The notes under the pieces: generated by a model
Databases searched by the model: none
The model's input: the letters and a program-made list of their open reading frames with translations, nothing else
Told to the model about the DNA's origin: nothing
Origin: a virus
Strand: one strand, 5' to 3'
IMG/VR virus record: IMGVR_UViG_3300010157_000016
Span: 1 to 35,893 of that record
Length of the DNA stretch: 35,893 bases
Part shown: positions 24,601 through 32,735 of the stretch, in pieces
Layout of the letters: every line of letters begins with the position of its first letter
Numbering within the stretch: position 1 is the first letter of the stretch
Translations under genes and position numbers: made by a program

Positions 24601-25337
24601 TCCAAATGTCCGAATATACAACGCCAGAAGATACGACCTCAGCATTAGGCAATATCCACCAGCGTATAGCAATGGCTATGAAGTTGGTGCATTATATCCA
24701 AAAAGAAAAAAGGCAAGGGATGCAATACACCATTGTTTCCCATGATTCAGTTACATCCAAAGTTAGGCCTGAACTATTAAAGTGTGGTATCCATTATTAT
24801 CCATCTGAAATGACCTTTGTTCAAAATGGAAATAGAACAGAAGTCTTATTGAAAGTCCGGTTTGTTAATATTGATAGGCCGTCTGATTTTTTTGAAGTTC
24901 CAAGTTTTGGGTTTGGTTGCGACTCTCAAGACAAAGGCCCCGGAAAGGCGATTAGCTATGCTGTCAAATATGCCCTGCTCAAGGCAATGGGGCTTGAAAC
25001 TGGTGATGACTCCGATCTGGACCACCATATAGACTATGACCCAAAAGACCCCGCTAAAACTATACCGCTGCCCCCAACTCCAAAGACAGGGCCAACGCCA
25101 AAGCCAGACCCGACTCCAAGGCCAGACCGTATTTTGTCATGCGAGCAGGTGATGCAGGGAATCAACCTGATCGAGTGCGAGACACCAACAAAGAGCGTCG
25201 AGGCGCTATGCGAGTATTGGAAAAATAGCCAGCCCAGCATAAAGGCAATGGCCGAAGGCGAGCAGACAGCAGCAAAGCGCCTGATAAGAACCCGTATCGA
25301 TTATTTTGAGGGAATAATTCAGCAGGCGGCAGAATGA
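24597..25337 (+). CDS. erf: ERF-family single-strand annealing recombinase
   Basis: GPGKAISYAVKYALLKAMGLETGDDSDLD box typical of the ERF superfamily. GTG 24597 (GTGA coupling) or ATG 24606 could be the start. Confidence 0.75.
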   Translation: MIQMSEYTTPEDTTSALGNIHQRIAMAMKLVHYIQKEKRQGMQYTIVSHDSVTSKVRPELLKCGIHYYPSEMTFVQNGNRTEVLLKVRFVNIDRPSDFFEVPSFGFGCDSQDKGPGKAISYAVKYALLKAMGLETGDDSDLDHHIDYDPKDPAKTIPLPPTPKTGPTPKPDPTPRPDRILSCEQVMQGINLIECETPTKSVEALCEYWKNSQPSIKAMAEGEQTAAKRLIRTRIDYFEGIIQQAAE

Positions 25338-25495
25338 TGACACTCCCTGCCCGCAAAAAACGCGCCCACCAAGAACTTCACCAGATAGGTGAACCCGAGT
25401 TTCAGTCCAAATACCAGAGAGACTTGCCCAGACTTTCCGCTAATTTCTGGAAATCGTCTCAGCATCGCCAAAAATGGGAATCATCGCATGAGTGA
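25334..25495 (+). CDS. Possible small basic ORF, 53 aa
   Basis: ATGA overlap with the erf stop, and overlaps the next ATG. Translated by hand. Confidence 0.35.
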   Translation: MMTLPARKKRAHQELHQIGEPEFQSKYQRDLPRLSANFWKSSQHRQKWESSHE

Positions 25496-25946
25496 AATTA
25501 TCCTCTATGGCGAAACCCAGAGAGATCACGCACTAAAGCTCATCTCCGAGCTTGATTTGTCGAAGCCCTGGCGGATCGTCGTCAAGATGTTTGTCAAAAG
25601 CAGAAGCAACCCTCAGCTTGCGCTTTATTTTAAGTGGATGGGGATTATTTCCAAGGAAACCGGCAACGATCAAGATGATTTGCATGAGTTTTTCAAGCAA
25701 AAGTTTCTTGATCCTGAAATCAAGGAAGTGATGGGTGAGCAAATAGCAATATTTTCTACCCACGGCACAGCTAAACGCATGACTGAATATATGGAAAAGG
25801 TGTTTGCCTTCACCACATCAACGCTTGGTATTTTTCTGCCACTCCCTCAAGATCAAGGATTACAAACATGCTCCAAGTTATCATTGCAGGACGCCTCACC
25901 AAAGATGCTGACCTACGAACCACGCAAAGCGGTGACGCCATCCTGA
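25488..25946 (+). CDS. ninB: NinB/Orf-like recombination mediator
   Basis: KPWRIVVKMFVKSRSNPQLALYFKWMG resembles the lambda NinB core (KP..V.I..RNRSLDQN..LWA). The 3' end overlaps ssb by 79 nt. Confidence 0.55.
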   Translation: MSEIILYGETQRDHALKLISELDLSKPWRIVVKMFVKSRSNPQLALYFKWMGIISKETGNDQDDLHEFFKQKFLDPEIKEVMGEQIAIFSTHGTAKRMTEYMEKVFAFTTSTLGIFLPLPQDQGLQTCSKLSLQDASPKMLTYEPRKAVTPS

Positions 25947-26266
25947 CATTTAGCGTCGCTGTTGATGTTGGGTTTGGCGATAAGAAGCACGCAGTTTTCA
26001 CGGATTGTTCTATTTTCGGAAAGCGAGGCGAAACCCTCAAGCAGTATCTAACAAAGGGATGCTCAGTGACTGTTGCTGGTGCTGGAGACCTCAGATCATG
26101 GGAATCAAATGGCAAGAGCGGCACTAGCCTGACATGCCGAGTGGCAGAAGTGACTTTGCAGGGCGGCAAGCGCGACGCGGGGCAACCTGACGCAGCCAGC
26201 AAAGGCGGATCATCTGAACGCGATTGGCAAGCTCCAATCAGTATTGACGACGAAATACCCTTTTAA
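25868..26266 (+). CDS. ssb: Single-stranded DNA-binding protein
   Basis: OB-fold N-terminus MLQVIIAGRLTKDADLRTTQSGDAILTFSVAV and an acidic tail ending DDEIPF. Confidence 0.9.
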   Translation: MLQVIIAGRLTKDADLRTTQSGDAILTFSVAVDVGFGDKKHAVFTDCSIFGKRGETLKQYLTKGCSVTVAGAGDLRSWESNGKSGTSLTCRVAEVTLQGGKRDAGQPDAASKGGSSERDWQAPISIDDEIPF

Positions 26267-26449
26267 TTTGCAATAACCCAATTCGGGAGGCCCCACTCCC
26301 TATTCTCGGTGGTGCGAGGTCAAAGCTCACAATGACCACTGGATCCGGTCCAAAATGTCTTTTTTGGTCCAAGCAGGGGTCAACGTATGGGCCTTAAATA
26401 GCAGTGCGAATTGTGAGAATAGCCGTTTTTTGAAGGATGAATTAGAAAA

Positions 26450-26656
26450 ATGACACGTCAAATGTTCAAAATTAGATGCTCTGAACCCGCTTTAGACCTC
26501 GCCTACGGATTTATGACGGACCTGCGCTATGGCAATCGTCTGGGTATCGACCCCGGAAATTATAGCACACAGGATTTTGGCTCGATCACGCTCAGGGCTT
26601 GGCGTAGAGTCGATGGAGGAATACGGATTTTAGAGATCGAGAGGGGATTAGCGTGA
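26450..26656 (+). CDS. Hypothetical protein, 68 aa
   Basis: GAAGGATGA SD. Its stop overlaps the GTG start of the methyltransferase. Confidence 0.55.
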   Translation: MTRQMFKIRCSEPALDLAYGFMTDLRYGNRLGIDPGNYSTQDFGSITLRAWRRVDGGIRILEIERGLA

Positions 26657-27471
26657 AACTTCTACTTCTCGACTTATTTAGCGGTATCGGTGGGTTCTCT
26701 CTCGGCCTCGAACGCACTGGCGGGTTTAAGACCGTCGCGTTTTGCGAGATTGAGCCGTACCCGCGCCAAGTATTGGCAAAGCACTGGGAAGGAGTACCGA
26801 TTTATGAAGATGTGCGAACACTCTCAGCAGCTAGACTTGCCGCTGACGGAATCGAAGTCAATGCGATTTGTGGAGGATTCCCCTGCCAAGACATCAGCCT
26901 CGCCGGTAAAGGCGCAGGATTGGCAGGGGAACGGTCAGGACTATGGCGCGAGTACGCCCGTCTTATTGGCGAGATTAGACCGACATACGCGATTATGGAA
27001 AACGTCGCAGCGTTGCTTGTTAGAGGAATGGGAGAAGTTCTCTCAGACATTTCCTCGTTCGGGTATGACGCAGAATGGCATTGCATACCAGCTTCAGCCA
27101 TTGGTGCGCCTCACAGACGCGACAGAATATGGCTCATTGCCTACCCCATGCGCAAGGGATTGGAAAGACACGGGGGGGGCAAGCACATTCCTCCGAAAGT
27201 CACCGAGTCTTGGAGCAATAGTTATGATGTTTCCGACGCCAACAGTGAGCGGGAACTACAACCGAGTCGGTTGTTCCGCACACTCAGGCGACGGATTGGC
27301 AACAGTTGTGAAGAAACTAGAGGGTGGTGGAGTTTTGAACCAGACGTGGGTCGAGTGGCTGATGGGGTTCCCCGCAGGGTGGACCGACTTAAAGGACTAG
27401 GAAACGCAGTCGTGCCGCAAATCCCAGAGATGATCGGAAACGCAATATTGGAATATGAGGGATTCACATGA
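26653..27471 (+). CDS. DNA (cytosine-5)-methyltransferase, short type, 272 aa (orphan)
   Basis: Motif I DLFSGIGG, motif IV GGFPCQDIS, motif VI MENVAALL, motif VIII GAPHRRDRIW, motif X LGNAVVPQI. No adjacent nuclease gene. Confidence 0.9.
   Translation: MKLLLLDLFSGIGGFSLGLERTGGFKTVAFCEIEPYPRQVLAKHWEGVPIYEDVRTLSAARLAADGIEVNAICGGFPCQDISLAGKGAGLAGERSGLWREYARLIGEIRPTYAIMENVAALLVRGMGEVLSDISSFGYDAEWHCIPASAIGAPHRRDRIWLIAYPMRKGLERHGGGKHIPPKVTESWSNSYDVSDANSERELQPSRLFRTLRRRIGNSCEETRGWWSFEPDVGRVADGVPRRVDRLKGLGNAVVPQIPEMIGNAILEYEGFT
26804..27400 (+). other. Long +1-frame ORF nested in the C5-MTase gene (198 aa from ATG 26804; open from 26690), with MTase variable-domain-like motifs. Coding status unresolved.
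   Basis: AAGGAG 26789-26794 lies 9 nt before the ATG. The translation contains PRSGMTQNGIAYQL, LPTPCARDWKD, FPTPTVSG and LNQTWVEWLMGFPAGWTDL. Confidence 0.35.
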
Positions 27472-27674
27472 CACACCACATCCCCACCATTGCCGACTGC
27501 AAGAGCCAGCACTATCGGCCCCGCTATTGGATGAGCAACATGGCAAGGCCCATGACACTAGACGACATCGAAGCAAGCCGCTGGTGCAGAGCGTTCCACG
27601 GCAAAGAACAGCGGGCAAAGTTGCAGGGCAATGCCTGCGATGGATGCCTGCGAATACCGGAGGAACAGAGATGA
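27468..27674 (+). CDS. Hypothetical Cys-containing protein, 68 aa
   Basis: ATGA overlap with the MTase stop at 27468-27471. Confidence 0.5.
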   Translation: MTHHIPTIADCKSQHYRPRYWMSNMARPMTLDDIEASRWCRAFHGKEQRAKLQGNACDGCLRIPEEQR

Positions 27675-27720
27675 CCGATAAGTTAGATTTAACAAAACCC
27701 GTACGCGTGGAGTGGGAATA

Positions 27721-28152
27721 ATGACTAACAAAATTGACCAGCTACTCGTCGTGCAGCAAAACACGATTATAGAGCTGAAACGGCAGTTAGCTGAGAGCAT
27801 TACGGGTTTGGCGATGGCTTGCGCAAATGATGTCTTAAGCGAGGGGATTATTCGGCGGTTAGAACGGGAGTTGCTTGCCTGTAGAACCGCTACGGCAGGC
27901 ACTGATGCACAGCCCGCCAAGCTCCCAGAATCAAACGGTGATGGCGGCGTATACTTGGCTTTGGAAGATACCGGAATGGGTCCTGAGGCATTCGCAAAGG
28001 ACCACCGAAAGGGTGCGGTGATAACCAAAATGGCTCTTGCATACTGGAGGTGGTGTCACCTTCGCGTTATTAAGGTGTCCCGCGAGGAGTTTAATACCTT
28101 GTGGCCGGATGCGCCTATGCCCGTGTTGCTAAGGGGAGGAGCCAAGCCATGA
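27721..28152 (+). CDS. Hypothetical protein, 143 aa
   Basis: ATG 27721 overlaps the upstream TAA. The track ORF 27712..28152 is trimmed. Confidence 0.55.
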   Translation: MTNKIDQLLVVQQNTIIELKRQLAESITGLAMACANDVLSEGIIRRLERELLACRTATAGTDAQPAKLPESNGDGGVYLALEDTGMGPEAFAKDHRKGAVITKMALAYWRWCHLRVIKVSREEFNTLWPDAPMPVLLRGGAKP

Positions 28153-28475
28153 CAACACTAGCCATAAGTACATGCCAAAAATGTGGCTACGTCACCGAGA
28201 CTAGATCGAGCAACATCGAAGCAATGATAGAGAAGCGCGTACTCAAGCAGGCGCTCAGCTGGGGAGACGACGCGCTGTATTGCGGGCCTTTTATTATCGG
28301 GTTTGTAGACATTGATGTTTACTTCAATCAGTTTAGCGGCGGCTTGCTTTGCGACATTTACGAAGGGGGTTGTTCTCGCCAGTTTGAGACGGAGGAGAAA
28401 GCCCGCGAAGCTGTCACGGCAGCAGCCTTGAAAATGATAGATGATGGACTGACGTGGATATGCTTACCATCATGA
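28149..28475 (+). CDS. Hypothetical protein, 108 aa; last gene of the rightward unit
   Basis: ATGA overlap at 28149-28152. N-terminal CQKCGY half zinc-ribbon. Confidence 0.55.
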   Translation: MTTLAISTCQKCGYVTETRSSNIEAMIEKRVLKQALSWGDDALYCGPFIIGFVDIDVYFNQFSGGLLCDIYEGGCSRQFETEEKAREAVTAAALKMIDDGLTWICLPS

Positions 28476-28560
28476 CTACCGTGACGGGCGGATGACGTAG
28501 TGGACTTGATCCGCAAAGCCTGCAACGGCAGCCCGGCGAGGACCGCCAGAGCAAGCCGCC

Positions 28561-28896
28561 TCATTTGCTAACCGGAAGGATTACCATAGTGGTCAGGCTG
28601 ACTGGAGTGGAAACGGGAACCGACACCAGATTGACTGTTGTTGGGATAGGGACGGAGCCTGGCAGCTTGTTTGAGCAGGCTTCCACCACGGATTCATGAA
28701 CATGGGCTTCAACGGAATTGGTCAGCCCGATAGCCGCCACTGTGGCAGGATCAACGATGGTGGCGATAACCGAGACTGTTTTGAGCGCGGCATAGGCTAT
28801 AGGATCGGCGGCGCAAGCCACAGTAGCGATCTGCTGTTGCGCCTGAGTGGAGCAGCCCGCGAGGGCCATCAGGCCGAGGAAAATATATTTATGCAT
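28561..28896 (-). CDS. Lipoprotein, 111 aa (o-spanin-like position, or an exclusion-type moron)
   Basis: MHKYIFLGLMALAGC has a signal peptide with lipobox LAG|C. AAGGAA lies upstream. The start overlaps the upstream small ORF by 8 nt. Confidence 0.65.
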   Translation of the reverse strand: MHKYIFLGLMALAGCSTQAQQQIATVACAADPIAYAALKTVSVIATIVDPATVAAIGLTNSVEAHVHESVVEACSNKLPGSVPIPTTVNLVSVPVSTPVSLTTMVILPVSK

Positions 28897-29068
28897 TGGT
28901 TGTTCCTTTATCTTTGGCATGGAGGACATTGACTGCGAGCAAATCGACGATGTGATAGAGCTTGCCGAGATTCGTATCGGGAGCTGGCGTTGGCACGATT
29001 GCCGAGACAACAGAGGCGACCACGACTATGTGGGCTGGGTCTGAAAGCCATGTGATGATCTGATCCAT
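28889..29068 (-). CDS. Small membrane protein, 59 aa
   Basis: AGGAG lies 6 nt upstream of ATG 29068. TM-like HIVVVASVVSAIVP. Translated by hand with no internal stop. Below the track size cutoff. Confidence 0.45.
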   Translation of the reverse strand: MDQIITWLSDPAHIVVVASVVSAIVPTPAPDTNLGKLYHIVDLLAVNVLHAKDKGTTNA

Positions 29069-29086
29069 TTTAAACTCCTATTCTGG

Positions 29087-29584
29087 TTAAATCGAAACAA
29101 CCGGCGCAAAACCGTTACAAATCAACAAAAGCTGTCCCGGCGTGATAATCCGCCAAGGCCGCTCAAGCTGATGCCCGATAAACGAGTGTGACGGCTGAGT
29201 AAGCATCCCGGCAGCAAAGCCCGAACAGATCAGCCGCCCCGGATGGGACCAGTTGTCGCCCAGAGCGATGCCCTCAATGGCCTTGGTATCGTAAGGCGTG
29301 CCAATCATCGATTGCGCCCAATCGTAAGCCTCCCGCTCACAAACATCAGAGGTTGGCAGCGCCACCCGCTTGATATTGTAACCGCCACAAGACGCCAGAT
29401 AGTTGGCGGGCCTGACCTGAACCCCGGCAGGCTTCCCGCCCATGCCACCCTCATGTTGCGCCCCAAGCAATGACCCATCCGCAAGCACAATATCCACATG
29501 GCCGACATCGCTCTCCGTCCCCCAAGCAATAATCCGGGCCACCGCACTGTCAAACGCACAAAATTGTAAGGTGATCTGTCCCAT
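29087..29584 (-). CDS. Putative permuted papain-fold (YiiX/C92- or NlpC/P60-like) cell-wall peptidase/amidase, 165 aa
   Basis: His box GHVDIVL precedes Cys box LICSGFAAG, with GTPYD between them. GAGGGGG SD lies before ATG 29584 (track ORF trimmed). Confidence 0.5.
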   Translation of the reverse strand: MGQITLQFCAFDSAVARIIAWGTESDVGHVDIVLADGSLLGAQHEGGMGGKPAGVQVRPANYLASCGGYNIKRVALPTSDVCEREAYDWAQSMIGTPYDTKAIEGIALGDNWSHPGRLICSGFAAGMLTQPSHSFIGHQLERPWRIITPGQLLLICNGFAPVVSI

Positions 29585-29594
29585 TTTAACCCCC

Positions 29595-29996
29595 TCAAGC
29601 AAAATAGAGCTGGTTGCCGATATCCGCCGTGGGTGCCCTGCCCCGCGCCCAATAAGGGGCCTTGATTGTCTTGGCATAATATTGAGTAGCCCCCCCTGTC
29701 GGGTCGGCGATGATTCCGCTCAACACCCTTGCCGCCACCCTGAGCGCCAGCCCAAACACTGGATCGGATTCCGTCACCGCCAGCAGCTTGCTATGGTTGG
29801 GATCGCCCTCATTCCAACAATCAAATTGCAGACGGCATTTGCAGACGCTGTATATATCGTGGCCCCACCAGCCCGGATGATTGACCCGGTTGCGGATGAC
29901 CCAAGCCACGGCGGTCATACCCGCCTCGCCGCCGCCCCGATCCTCGCCCCAGATGGTACGGGCCAACAGGTCGATATCCGAGGATGTCGCGGTCAT
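29595..29996 (-). CDS. SleB/Hydrolase_2-type cell-wall hydrolase (endolysin)
   Basis: LARTIWGEDRGGGEAGMTAVAWVIRNRV...RLQFDCWN signature. ATGA overlap with the upstream gene at 29993-29996. Confidence 0.75.
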   Translation of the reverse strand: MTATSSDIDLLARTIWGEDRGGGEAGMTAVAWVIRNRVNHPGWWGHDIYSVCKCRLQFDCWNEGDPNHSKLLAVTESDPVFGLALRVAARVLSGIIADPTGGATQYYAKTIKAPYWARGRAPTADIGNQLYFA

Positions 29997-30283
29997 GGCT
30001 TGTCCACCATCGGGCAACCAATCTGGCGGCGCAAAGAATCCATCTCCCCATCAACCCGCTTGATAACCTCGCGGTGCAAATCCTTGTGAATATAGTTCTC
30101 GCGGATGTCCTTGGAGATGCCGTCCACCCGCTCATGGGTCCTGACCATGCGGGATTCGCTCTCCAGCTTGGTCTCCCTGAACTCGCTCTTGATTGATTGG
30201 TGCAAGGTCCATAGGCCACCTACGACCACTGACCCCACGCTCAAGACAATGGCGATGATATGCGACCAATCCATTTCCATCAC
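29993..30283 (-). CDS. Membrane protein with an N-terminal TM and charged coiled-coil tail, 96 aa (holin or i-spanin-like)
   Basis: TM segment IIAIVLSVGSVVVGGLW. Lies immediately upstream of the endolysin. Confidence 0.5.
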   Translation of the reverse strand: MMEMDWSHIIAIVLSVGSVVVGGLWTLHQSIKSEFRETKLESESRMVRTHERVDGISKDIRENYIHKDLHREVIKRVDGEMDSLRRQIGCPMVDKP

Positions 30284-30717
30284 GCCACCGGCTTGTTAGG
30301 AGCCACCGGCAACAGCGCCAGCAACCCGGCGATACTCGTAGGCTGACTGGCAACCGGCTCACCTTGGATCGCCCCAACAGCTGCCCACACAGCATCCCGC
30401 CAGCCCGTCAGGGCAGCAGCTTCGGCCTTGAACTGAGCCACGGTCGAGTTGGTGTAGGTGGCGGCGGAGGTGATGTCCGTATAACCCCAAGCCCGCGCCA
30501 GAGTATCGAGCATGGTGGCGACAGCATTGGCAGCCTCCGCCACAAGTTGCGCCTCAACCTGAGCCTGCACCGCCGCCGCATAGCCCGCAAATACTGCCGA
30601 AAGCTGGGCTGATGTCGGATATTCAGCCCCCATATCGACCGCACCGGTCGGGACTGGCGAGGGAGCCGGGTCAACCCAAGCAACCGTGATCCCGTTATTT
30701 GATGCAACATAAGTCAT
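30280..30717 (-). CDS. Hypothetical protein downstream of the tail fibre, 145 aa
   Basis: A-rich ORF coupled to its neighbours. Sits in a fibre-accessory position. Confidence 0.55.
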   Translation of the reverse strand: MTYVASNNGITVAWVDPAPSPVPTGAVDMGAEYPTSAQLSAVFAGYAAAVQAQVEAQLVAEAANAVATMLDTLARAWGYTDITSAATYTNSTVAQFKAEAAALTGWRDAVWAAVGAIQGEPVASQPTSIAGLLALLPVAPNKPVA

Positions 30718-30726
30718 GGTTTTTCC

Positions 30727-32616
30727 TCACCAGCTAAAGTCAGAGACGTAAATGTTGTTGGTGCTGCCGCCGCCATTCGTGAGCACAAAGACGGTCTGGG
30801 CTGTAATCAGCGGGATGTCGCCAACGCTCAGAGCCGATCCAAGTGACGGCATCCCGCCGATTGTCGGGTTTAAAGATGCGCTCCCACCAGCAGACGTATA
30901 TTTTCCACCCGTCCCTGTCGCATCGCCAGCAGCACCAAACACAGGGCCACTGGCCCCCGTTGATGTTGAACCAAGTTCCAGCGATGCAGTCCTAGCCGCA
31001 GCAGGAACAGCACCAGAAATACTTTGACTGGTCAGTGTCGTGATTGCCGCGTGGGCTGTGAAAATGACAGGATACGTCTGATAGCTAAACTTCCGGCCCA
31101 ACGGATCGGCGATAAGACCTGGCACAAACTGACTTGATCCATTGGTCGGCCAGATACCAATCAAGGCCGAATAGGTGTAGCCCGATGGAATGCTGGCCCC
31201 GCCATAGATCGACGGAGACCCGTTGGTAGCCGCATTTTGAGCCAGAATGGAGGTGGTCAGGGTAGTCGGGTTATAGATGGCATAGAGATTGACAAACCCC
31301 GACACCGGAGCCGCCCCCGTATCCATCGCGCCAGCACCGGTGGTGGCCAGATTGACCGCCTGCGAATAACTGGCAAGCCGCTTATAGGCCCCGCCTAAAA
31401 CCGTCTCGACGACGATCTCATCGGCGGTAAAGGTGCCGGTCGCCGACGCCGCCGTGACCGACATTTTGGCATTGCGGGTAGCACCAAGAACGGCTGCCTG
31501 TGGAGCCGACACCAACGCCAAGCCGCTATAAAGCTGGTATTTAACGCAACGCCAGTTGCCAGAACCCAAAGATATAAATGTTGCCGTGTCTCCAGCCGCC
31601 GTGGTGATTGGAAGTGCGGTGGGGAGTATGATGGTTGTTGCGTTATGAGTTAGCGTCAAAACTCCAGCAAAGACAACCTCGCGCCGAGTTCCAGCCTGAA
31701 CCGTATCAAAGGCCGTAATTGTCGTTGTTCCGGTGATGTTGATAAAATTACCCAAGGCAGCGCCAATCGGGCAAGGATTCCCCGCCTGCACGGTATAGCT
31801 TCCAACTACAGTCGCAGTTGCTGCCGGGGCTACCGACACATTGAACGTCACTGTGGTGGTGTTCGGAATGGTCAAAATGGTCCATGTGCCGTTATAGTTG
31901 GCGGATGTCGCCCCAATGATGATGATAACATTGCCCACGCCAAGGCCGTGAGCAATGGCCGTGATCATGGTCACGTTGACGCTGGTGGCGTTTGGCACAG
32001 ATAGGCTTGATATAGTCTGTGCTGCCACCGGGCCGGATGGAACAGTTATGTAAGCCTCATTTATTGCTGCCGTCAGGTTGAGTGTTGAGGCTCCAGACCT
32101 AATTCTGGATAGCTGAAAATAGGTTCCGTCAAACGTAATTTCATAAAATTTTCCTGATGCAATGGCAGCAGGCGACACAAGCCCGCCATCGTCTTGGATC
32201 GTAACCGGGCCAGTCAAGCCTGAGACGACAACTGTCGGCGTGTTCGTCACATTGGACGAAAGCGCCTTGAACCGGAACTTTTGCCCAGCAACATAGGCTG
32301 TGATGGCTGGCGACGGCGCAAGAGTCAGGGTGTCGGCAGAGCCTCCAGCCGTTCCGCACCATGTCGGAGTATCATCTTGGAGCTGGCCCATCGCCGGGTA
32401 TTGGCTCCTGGCGGTGGCGTTCCCAACATTTGTATGATTATAGGCTGCCATCGGGAGGTTGGCAGTTGGTGACGTTTGCCCATCCCTGGAAATACTGGAT
32501 GTAAGCGCCGTCGCTATGTCGGAAAAGTCCGAATTAACGTCACCCGCAATAATTGGGTTTCCATTAACAAAAGCTGCAACAGGGAGGTTGTAATTGCCAT
32601 AACCGTCACGCGACAT
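30727..32616 (-). CDS. Tail fibre protein, 629 aa
   Basis: N-terminal MSRDGYGNYNLPVAAFVNGNPIIAGDVNSDFSDIATAL is typical of fibre N-termini. The remainder is A/T/G/S-rich. Confidence 0.7.
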   Translation of the reverse strand: MSRDGYGNYNLPVAAFVNGNPIIAGDVNSDFSDIATALTSSISRDGQTSPTANLPMAAYNHTNVGNATARSQYPAMGQLQDDTPTWCGTAGGSADTLTLAPSPAITAYVAGQKFRFKALSSNVTNTPTVVVSGLTGPVTIQDDGGLVSPAAIASGKFYEITFDGTYFQLSRIRSGASTLNLTAAINEAYITVPSGPVAAQTISSLSVPNATSVNVTMITAIAHGLGVGNVIIIIGATSANYNGTWTILTIPNTTTVTFNVSVAPAATATVVGSYTVQAGNPCPIGAALGNFINITGTTTITAFDTVQAGTRREVVFAGVLTLTHNATTIILPTALPITTAAGDTATFISLGSGNWRCVKYQLYSGLALVSAPQAAVLGATRNAKMSVTAASATGTFTADEIVVETVLGGAYKRLASYSQAVNLATTGAGAMDTGAAPVSGFVNLYAIYNPTTLTTSILAQNAATNGSPSIYGGASIPSGYTYSALIGIWPTNGSSQFVPGLIADPLGRKFSYQTYPVIFTAHAAITTLTSQSISGAVPAAARTASLELGSTSTGASGPVFGAAGDATGTGGKYTSAGGSASLNPTIGGMPSLGSALSVGDIPLITAQTVFVLTNGGGSTNNIYVSDFSW

Positions 32617-32735
32617 AATATCTATCTCCGAGAGGCGGCGCTGTCCGGCGCTGCACTTGTTACGTTATACTACATTCTAAATTATGTTAAAATGTACTTC
32701 TGGAAAAAAGGGCGGATTTGAATTATGATCATTGC

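Noticed and set aside
26267-26449. 183-bp gap after ssb: weak GGGAG/CTCCC hairpin (26285-26300) and GGTCCAA direct repeat
   Set aside because: The stem is only 5 bp without a proper U-tract, and the repeats are short. No promoter or RNA gene could be supported by eye.
28476-28560. Convergence point of the two transcription units, examined for a bidirectional terminator
   Set aside because: Only a 6-bp inverted repeat was found (GCGGAT 28489-28494 / ATCCGC 28509-28514), with a 14-nt loop and no U-tract on either strand. This is not convincing as an intrinsic terminator.
29442-30089. 215-aa plus-strand ORF across the lysis genes
   Set aside because: It is antisense to the SleB-like and papain-like genes, which have recognisable motifs and coupled starts. 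It is Pro/Arg/Ser-rich shadow sequence.
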